This document shows positions 45,630 through 51,378 of a DNA stretch of 51,378 nt, one piece after another. The notes below the pieces were generated by a model that was not told the origin of the DNA, made no database searches, and worked only from the letters and a program-made list of their open reading frames with translations. A program made the position numbers and the translations under genes. This DNA is from Bacteroidales bacterium. Its GTDB lineage: Bacteria > Bacteroidota > Bacteroidia > Bacteroidales > UBA4181. The stretch spans positions 1-51,378 of the forward strand of contig JAVBPN010000019.1 of NCBI GenBank assembly GCA_031549585.1, read 5' to 3'. How positions within the stretch are numbered: the stretch's first letter is position 1; every line of letters begins with the position of its first letter.

Positions 45630-47963
45630 ATGGAGCCAAATTTAGTAATAGTAGAGTCGCCGGCAAAGGCAAAAACCATAGAACAATTTCTGGGGAAAGA
45701 TTTTTTGGTCAAGTCATGTTTTGGACATATTCGTGATTTGGAGAAGAAAGATTTAGGTATAGATGTCGAACATGGTTATCGTCCGAAGTACGAAGTATCA
45801 AAGGATAAAACGACAGTCGTATCTGAGTTGAAGAAATTATCTCAAAAAGCTGAAACAGTTTGGTTAGCATCCGATGAAGACCGTGAGGGAGAAGCTATTG
45901 CTTGGCATCTATACGAAGTATTGGGCCTGAATAAAAAACAGGTCAAACGGATTGTTTTCAATGAGATTACCAAAGATGCTATTCTTAAAGCAATTCAAAA
46001 TCCAAGAGATATAGACCAAAATTTAGTGGATGCACAGCAGGCTCGCCGTGTATTGGACCGGATGGTCGGATTTGAATTGTCGCCTATTTTGTGGAAGAAG
46101 GTTAGGCCTTCTCTTTCTGCCGGACGGGTACAATCGGTTGCTGTACGTTTATTGGTAGAACGGGAGCGGGAAATCCGTGACTTTAAAAGTAAATCTTCTT
46201 TTAAAACCACCGGCCTTTTTTTAGTTTCTGAAAAAGATCAAAAAACAGTTATTCCGGCAGAATTGAACAAACGTTTTGATACAGACAAAGAAACTGTTGC
46301 GTTTTTGAACCGGTGTAAGGCAGCAAGCTACCAAATTGAAGATATCATCACCAAGCCGTCGAAAAAATCTCCGGCTCCGCCGTTTACCACATCTACTCTC
46401 CAACAAGAGGCAAGCCGTAAATTGGGCTTTTCGGTGGCGCAAACTATGTCGGTGGCACAACGGTTGTATGAGGCAGGAAAGATAACTTATATGCGTACCG
46501 ATTCCGTCAATTTGTCGGATACGGCTATAAAAATGGCACAAAAGGTAATTACAGGACAGTTTGGTGCGCCATATCTTCAAACGCGTCAATATAAAACAAA
46601 AAGCAAGGGAGCTCAAGAAGCGCACGAAGCCATTCGTCCGACATATTTAGATAAATCAGACGTTCCGGGTAACAATGCGGAAAAACGGTTGTATGATTTA
46701 ATTTGGAAACGCACCGTTGCATCGCAAATGAGTGATGCTCTTTTGGAAAAAACAACTATTGATATCCGGATTTCAAATGTCGAAGAAAAATTTGTCGCTA
46801 CAGGCGAAGTAATTAAATTCGATGGTTTCTTAAAATTATATACGGAATCAAGTGATGATGACAACAATGAAGGAACTAATTCTTTATTGCCTCCTGTAAA
46901 GAAAGGTCAGTCATTGTTTGCAGACAAATTGATTGCTACGCAACGTTTCACCCATCATCCGCCCAGATATACCGAAGCAAGTTTGGTAAAAAAGCTCGAA
47001 GAATTGGGCATTGGCCGTCCGTCGACTTATGCACCGATCATATCTACAATCCAGCAGCGTGGCTATGTGGTGAAGGAAGATAAAGAAGGAATCGTGCGGC
47101 CTTATGTGGTTTACGCATTGAAAGACAGCAAAATAAAGGAAGAAACAAAAAGTGAAATCACAGGTGCAGAGAAAGCAAAACTCTTTCCGAATGATATCGG
47201 AATGATCGTTAATGATTTCTTGGTCGACCATTTCCAAGATATTTTGGACTATAATTTTACGGCTTCCGTAGAAAAAGAATTTGACGAAATAGCTGAAGGC
47301 CATTTGAATTGGACGAAAATGATCGATAAATTTTACCGTCCTTTTCATACTAAAGTAGATGTTACTACTAAGACGTCGGAACGCACTGTTGGCGAACGCC
47401 ATATAGGTGTTGACCCTGCAACAGGAAATCCGGTAATCGCTAAAATAGGTAGATATGGCCCGCTGGTACAAATTGGAGAAGTTTCCGATACGGAAAAACC
47501 AAGATTTGCCGGTTTGTTGAAAGGGCAACATATTGATACCATTACTCTTGAAGAGGCATTGGATTTATTTAAGCTTCCGCGTGTAGTGGGCGAATATGAA
47601 GGGAAAGAAATAAAAGCTGCGGTAGGCCGCTTTGGCCCATATTTACAACATAATTCGAAATTTTATTCCTTGAAACCAAATACGGATAATCCGTTGACGG
47701 TTGATCAGGAAAGAGCTATCGAGGTTATCGAAGCGAAACGTGAAGCCGACAGGAACAAGATCATCAAGACTTTTGAAGAAGATCCGGCTTTACAAATATT
47801 AAACGGACGTTGGGGGCCATACATATCATATGAAAAGGACAATTTCAGAATTCCCAAAGGGCAAGAGCCAGCGGCGCTTAGTTTTGAGGATTGTATAAAA
47901 ATTATCGAGAAAGGAGCTGCCAAACCCAAAAAAGCAACACGAAAAAAAGGTAAAAAAGCCTAA
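45630..47963 (+). CDS. topA: DNA topoisomerase I (type IA)
   Basis: 777 aa with TOPRIM VESPAKAKTI and DEDREGE, active-site ITYMRTDS, and a C-terminal Lys-rich tail. Confidence 0.96.
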   Translation: MEPNLVIVESPAKAKTIEQFLGKDFLVKSCFGHIRDLEKKDLGIDVEHGYRPKYEVSKDKTTVVSELKKLSQKAETVWLASDEDREGEAIAWHLYEVLGLNKKQVKRIVFNEITKDAILKAIQNPRDIDQNLVDAQQARRVLDRMVGFELSPILWKKVRPSLSAGRVQSVAVRLLVEREREIRDFKSKSSFKTTGLFLVSEKDQKTVIPAELNKRFDTDKETVAFLNRCKAASYQIEDIITKPSKKSPAPPFTTSTLQQEASRKLGFSVAQTMSVAQRLYEAGKITYMRTDSVNLSDTAIKMAQKVITGQFGAPYLQTRQYKTKSKGAQEAHEAIRPTYLDKSDVPGNNAEKRLYDLIWKRTVASQMSDALLEKTTIDIRISNVEEKFVATGEVIKFDGFLKLYTESSDDDNNEGTNSLLPPVKKGQSLFADKLIATQRFTHHPPRYTEASLVKKLEELGIGRPSTYAPIISTIQQRGYVVKEDKEGIVRPYVVYALKDSKIKEETKSEITGAEKAKLFPNDIGMIVNDFLVDHFQDILDYNFTASVEKEFDEIAEGHLNWTKMIDKFYRPFHTKVDVTTKTSERTVGERHIGVDPATGNPVIAKIGRYGPLVQIGEVSDTEKPRFAGLLKGQHIDTITLEEALDLFKLPRVVGEYEGKEIKAAVGRFGPYLQHNSKFYSLKPNTDNPLTVDQERAIEVIEAKREADRNKIIKTFEEDPALQILNGRWGPYISYEKDNFRIPKGQEPAALSFEDCIKIIEKGAAKPKKATRKKGKKA

Positions 47964-47977
47964 TCGAAAAAGATTTC

Positions 47978-48000
47978 AAAGCAAGGTATTGCTTTTCTTG
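47978..48000 (+). terminator. candidate topA terminator
   Basis: aaagcaa-ggta-ttgcttt forms a 7-bp stem followed by tcttg. It starts 12 nt after the stop codon. The stem is short, so the call is tentative. Confidence 0.4.
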
Positions 48001-48150
48001 GTTAATTCTGATTTTTCTTTTAAGTAATTGAATATTGATAATCGAATATTGAATATTAATTTCATTAAATCAACATAAAGCTAATATTCGAAAACGTCGA
48101 TTATTTGGGCAAGAGTACTTATCTGTAGAGAATTTGATTTGCATAAAATA

Positions 48151-49284
48151 ATGAATCTAAAAGATTACCTGATACCTGTAAGTGACGATTTGAAGGCGGT
48201 GAGTTCTTCGGGTAGTTTTGGGGATACCATTATATTATATGGTACCGATTTGAATTTTGACATTCCCGATTCTGTGCGTGTAGCATTGTTGGGTGTCCCG
48301 GAAGATCGCTTTTCCGATAATGCCGGCGAAATAAAAATGCCGGAAAAAGTTCGAAAACAACTATATGCCCTTTCAGTAGGTACACCAGGATCGGTGATTG
48401 ATTTGGGTAATATCCGCACAGGCAAGACACTTTCCGATACTTATTATGCATTGAATCATGTACTGTCCGAAATGCTTGAACGCGGAATCGTTACATGGGT
48501 TATTGGCGGGACTTTAGATGTATTTTATGGAAGTTATTTAGCAGTTGAGTCTTCCAATCCGAACCTGACGGTTATCTCTCCCCATCTTAGGCTTCCGTCA
48601 TCCGGAGCCGAAGGCCATCCGATCAATGATATCATATTTAATCAAAGCAGTCCGGTTCATTTTTGTAACGTCGGATATCAATCATATTATGTTGCCGATC
48701 AGGATTTGGGTATTTGTAAAACAAAGCATCATGAAGTATATCGGTTGGGTTCAATGAGGTTGGATAATCTCCGCGAATGCGAGCCGGTTATGAGAGATTC
48801 CGATTTGTTGGCATTAAGCCTCAACTCTGTCAAGTATTCTGATGCTCCGGCAGCATCTATTCCTTCGCCCAACGGATTTTCCGGAGAAGAGATTTGTCAA
48901 ATGGCTTTTTATGCAGGATTGGGATATCGTTGCAAAATTGCAGGTATATTTGATATGATTCCGGATAACGATTTGCGTGACATTACAGCTAAATTATCTG
49001 CACAAATTGCATGGTACTTTTTTGAAGGGGTGAAAAAACGTAATCCGGACCATCCAAGCGTTAATCCTCAGAATTTTAAAAAATATGTTATTTATTTTGA
49101 CCAATTGCATCACAATTTAAGTTTTTACAAGAACATTAAAACAGAAAGGTGGTGGATGGAGATTCCTTCATTGAAAGGTGGTACATATAATGAGTTGATT
49201 TCATGCACATACAATGATTATGTAAAATCTTCCGAACAAGAAATTCCTGACAGATGGTGGAAAACATATCAAAGAATCAATTAA
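48151..49284 (+). CDS. arginase/formimidoylglutamase-fold (ureohydrolase superfamily) protein, possibly non-catalytic
   Basis: The ATG at 48151 gives MNLKDYLIPVS; the track start at 48139 is TTG. VALLGVPEDRFSDNAG....VRKQLY, IDLGNI and VIGGTLDVFYGSY follow the order of the ureohydrolase N-terminal blocks. Confidence 0.5.
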   Translation: MNLKDYLIPVSDDLKAVSSSGSFGDTIILYGTDLNFDIPDSVRVALLGVPEDRFSDNAGEIKMPEKVRKQLYALSVGTPGSVIDLGNIRTGKTLSDTYYALNHVLSEMLERGIVTWVIGGTLDVFYGSYLAVESSNPNLTVISPHLRLPSSGAEGHPINDIIFNQSSPVHFCNVGYQSYYVADQDLGICKTKHHEVYRLGSMRLDNLRECEPVMRDSDLLALSLNSVKYSDAPAASIPSPNGFSGEEICQMAFYAGLGYRCKIAGIFDMIPDNDLRDITAKLSAQIAWYFFEGVKKRNPDHPSVNPQNFKKYVIYFDQLHHNLSFYKNIKTERWWMEIPSLKGGTYNELISCTYNDYVKSSEQEIPDRWWKTYQRIN

Positions 49285-49428
49285 TTACAATTTTTAAAGA
49301 AAAAATAATTATCTGATTTTCAATTTATTGTAAAAAATCGTCAGTTTTTATGTAAAAATTTTTACTCAAAAATGTAACCATTTGGATGTTTAAACAGTAT
49401 AAGAATAGTGTTTATGCAAAATTCCGGT

Positions 49429-49486
49429 GTGACATTTTTGCTCGTATACAATTTTTTTATTTATTTTACGTTTTTTTAAATGTCAC
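49429..49486. promoter_or_regulatory. 9-bp inverted repeat (gtgacattt ... aaatgtcac) bracketing the T-rich region just upstream of porP
   Basis: Arms are at 49429-49437 and 49478-49486 with a 40-nt spacer. The right arm ends 9 nt before the porP ATG. Confidence 0.3.
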
Positions 49487-49495
49487 AAAAATAGG

Positions 49496-50410
49496 ATGAG
49501 AGGTTTTCGAATTGGTCTTTTGTGTTGTTTTATCTTGATGATCAAGGCAGAAGCCCAGCAAGACCCACAATACAGCCAGTACATGTTTAATCAGATGGCT
49601 GTAAATCCAGGGTATGCCGGAAGTCATGATGCGATTTGTGCCACGTTGGTCAATCGCAATCAATGGGTCGGGTTCGATGGACATCCAAATACATCGGTTT
49701 TCCATATAAACGGGCCCATAAACCGGATTAACAGTGGAGTCGGAGTCACTTTCTTGAGCGATAAAGTCGGATATGATCAAAACATAAGTGTTGGGTTAGA
49801 TTATGCATATCGTTTCAATTTGGGTCCGGGAAAATTAGGGGTTGGCATCAGCGGTTTATTTATCAACAATGCTTTAAAATCTTCGTGGTATATACCGAAT
49901 GGAAGTTGGGAGACTGATGGTGCGATACCTAAAGAAAATGAAAGTGTGAGTGGATTTGACATGGGGCTTGGTCTTTTTTATCGTACCGAACAAGTGAATT
50001 TAGGGATATCGACTACCCATTTACTTGAACCCACTTTGAATTATTTTAAATTAAAAAGGCATTATTATATCAGTGCAGGATGTTTGATACCCTTACGAAA
50101 CCCGGTTTGGGAAATAGCGCCTACAATATGGGTCAATTCAGATGGAACATCAAGTCAATTCACGGGGAATGTAAATGTAATGTATAATAAAAAAATATGG
50201 GGCGGAGTAGGATACCGTTTGAATGATGCAGTAATAGGGATGATCGGAGTCGATTTATTTGGTGGATTAAAAATAGGTTACTCATACGATTTTACCTACA
50301 CAAACATCCGGAACTATTCAAAAGGGTCTCATGAAATTATGGTAGGATATTGTTTTAGTTTTGTTAAGGAGAAAGTCACACAAAAATATAAAAGCGTTAG
50401 ATTTTTATAA
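49496..50410 (+). CDS. porP: PorP/SprF-family T9SS protein, core porP by position (immediately upstream of porK/gldK)
   Basis: 304 aa. Signal peptide is ...IKAEA|QQDP. Motifs are QYSQYMFNQMAVNPGYAG and GSHEIMVGYCF. It is followed after 35 nt by a PorK/GldK-type lipoprotein gene, as in the Porphyromonas porPKLMN arrangement. Confidence 0.7.
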   Translation: MRGFRIGLLCCFILMIKAEAQQDPQYSQYMFNQMAVNPGYAGSHDAICATLVNRNQWVGFDGHPNTSVFHINGPINRINSGVGVTFLSDKVGYDQNISVGLDYAYRFNLGPGKLGVGISGLFINNALKSSWYIPNGSWETDGAIPKENESVSGFDMGLGLFYRTEQVNLGISTTHLLEPTLNYFKLKRHYYISAGCLIPLRNPVWEIAPTIWVNSDGTSSQFTGNVNVMYNKKIWGGVGYRLNDAVIGMIGVDLFGGLKIGYSYDFTYTNIRNYSKGSHEIMVGYCFSFVKEKVTQKYKSVRFL

Positions 50411-50445
50411 TTGTTGAATTAGAAAGTTTTATTAATATCAAACAT

Positions 50446-51378
50446 ATGAAGCGATTATTCCCGATAAGTATTTTATTTTTAATACTTTATGGTTGTGGAA
50501 ACAGTAACAGCGGCGAACTAACTGGTGTGTCCGGGAGAGGTAAATATTTTGAACCCGAACCATATGGAATGGTTTATATTCCATTGGGTTCATTAACAAT
50601 TGGTCCAAGCGATCAAGATGTTGCATGGGCTCAAAATGCGTTGTCCAAAACCATTTCTGTAGATGCTTTTTGGATGGACGAAACCGAAATCACCAACAAT
50701 GAGTACCGGCAATTCGTATATTGGGTGAAAGATTCTATTGCACGCCGTATGTTAGCAAAAGACGGAGTAGATGGATTTTTCAGGGAAGGAGACACTTTTG
50801 ACCAAATGGATGACGATACCCGTCCTTTAAATTGGAATACGAAAATCAATTTTAAAGATGAAACGCAAAGGGAAGTCATGGACCAAATGTATCTTGTTCC
50901 GGAAGAAAGGTTTTTCGGGCGTAAGGAAATCGATACCCGTAAACTCATCTATGATTACTATTGGGTAGATATGAAACAAGCTGCTGCCCCCGGTAACAGG
51001 TATAACTTTAAAACCAAGCAATATGACGGTTTCGCTTATAATGCTTTAGGTGAGAGAGTTCCTGTAAAAGACCGGTCTGCATTTGTATTGCATGATCAAG
51101 TTCCTGTATATCCGGATACTTTATGCTGGATCAGCGACTTTTCATATTCATACAATGAACCTTTTGCTACCATGTACTTCTGGCACGTGGCTTATGACAA
51201 CTATCCGGTTGTAGGTGTTAATTGGAAACAAGCAAGAGCATTTTGTATATGGCGTACCGAATTGTTGAACAACGCGCTTGCAAAAGATAAAGATCCTTTT
51301 GTACATCATTATCGCTTGCCTACCGAATATGAGTGGGAATATGCAGCACGTGGCGGACTTGAAAACTCAAAATATCCT
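50446..51378 (+). CDS. porK: T9SS lipoprotein PorK/GldK (FGE-sulfatase-like fold), 3' end outside window
   Basis: This gene is not in the ORF track because it has no stop before the window end. The ATG at 50446 gives MKRLFPISILFLILYG|CGNSNSGELTGVSGRGKYFEPEPYGMVYIPLGSLTIGPSDQD....ISVDAFWMDETEITNNEYRQFVYWVKDS. The frame stays open for all 311 codons to nt 51378. The lipobox plus GEL(T/V)GV..G...PEPYGM pattern fits GldK/PorK rather than GldJ. Confidence 0.75.
   Translation, partial: MKRLFPISILFLILYGCGNSNSGELTGVSGRGKYFEPEPYGMVYIPLGSLTIGPSDQDVAWAQNALSKTISVDAFWMDETEITNNEYRQFVYWVKDSIARRMLAKDGVDGFFREGDTFDQMDDDTRPLNWNTKINFKDETQREVMDQMYLVPEERFFGRKEIDTRKLIYDYYWVDMKQAAAPGNRYNFKTKQYDGFAYNALGERVPVKDRSAFVLHDQVPVYPDTLCWISDFSYSYNEPFATMYFWHVAYDNYPVVGVNWKQARAFCIWRTELLNNALAKDKDPFVHHYRLPTEYEWEYAARGGLENSKYP

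Noticed and set aside
45512-45712. 66-aa minus-strand ORF overlapping the topA start
   Set aside because: It overlaps the topA 5' end antisense and lies in the divergent promoter region. It is spurious.
46221-47531. 134-aa and 206-aa minus-strand ORFs opposite topA
   Set aside because: They are long only because of codon bias in topA. Composition is Cys/Arg/Phe-rich and nonsensical, and topA is uninterrupted.
50446-51378. Alternative call of the right-edge gene as gldJ
   Set aside because: GldJ and GldK/PorK are paralogues. The short lipoprotein N-terminus with GELTGV..G...PEPYGM and the position directly after porP fit PorK/GldK better. The 3' end is missing, so length cannot decide.
1-51378. 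Search for tRNA, rRNA, CRISPR arrays, riboswitch-like leaders and toxin-antitoxin or defence gene pairs
   Set aside because: All spacers are under 375 nt. None showed cloverleaf-like GC stems, regularly spaced direct repeats or recognisable riboswitch cores by eye. No nuclease, methylase or helicase defence-type genes are present. A cmscan/tRNAscan run would be the decisive check.

Overview
This 51.4-kb chromosomal segment reads as Bacteroidota, probably a Bacteroidales-like anaerobe. Supporting signs are AT-rich DNA, TAnnTTTG -7 boxes in front of housekeeping genes, signal peptides that almost always cleave before Gln, a superoxide reductase gene, and many type IX secretion system (T9SS) genes. 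I call 39 protein genes, 33 on the minus strand and 6 on the plus strand. Two genes run off the window edges: the 5' OMP gene is truncated in the ORF track and the 3' porK/gldK gene is absent from it. The ORF track also accepts TTG/GTG starts, so I re-checked start codons and moved several. By eye I found no rRNA, tRNA, CRISPR array, transposase, integrase or phage gene. The housekeeping backbone is alaS, cls, rdgB, miaB, dnaK, ffh, a class A PBP and topA, plus superoxide reductase, nitroreductase, MoxR, a GH125 mannosidase, a TlpA-like thioredoxin and a 7TM-HD protein. T9SS genes are unusually dense. There are three PorP/SprF paralogues: two are each paired with a type-B-CTD cargo gene, and the third starts a porP-porK core operon at the right edge. 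There are also two type-A-CTD proteins, a GLUG-repeat adhesin-like protein and a PorZ-like double propeller. The best candidate for an undescribed system is the minus-strand five-gene module at 1141-6213. It encodes three tandem secreted paralogues of a family I cannot name, which lack any recognisable T9SS CTD but share their own conserved C-terminal module. These are followed by a small type-B cargo and a dedicated PorP/SprF, with intercistronic stem-loops and non-ATG starts that suggest tuned stoichiometry. Secondary leads are an orphan HprK-like P-loop kinase translationally coupled to a beta-helix lipoprotein, an arginase-fold protein with apparently degenerate metal ligands next to porP, and several intergenic palindromic elements. 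All family assignments come from motif recognition by eye and need HMM or structure confirmation.
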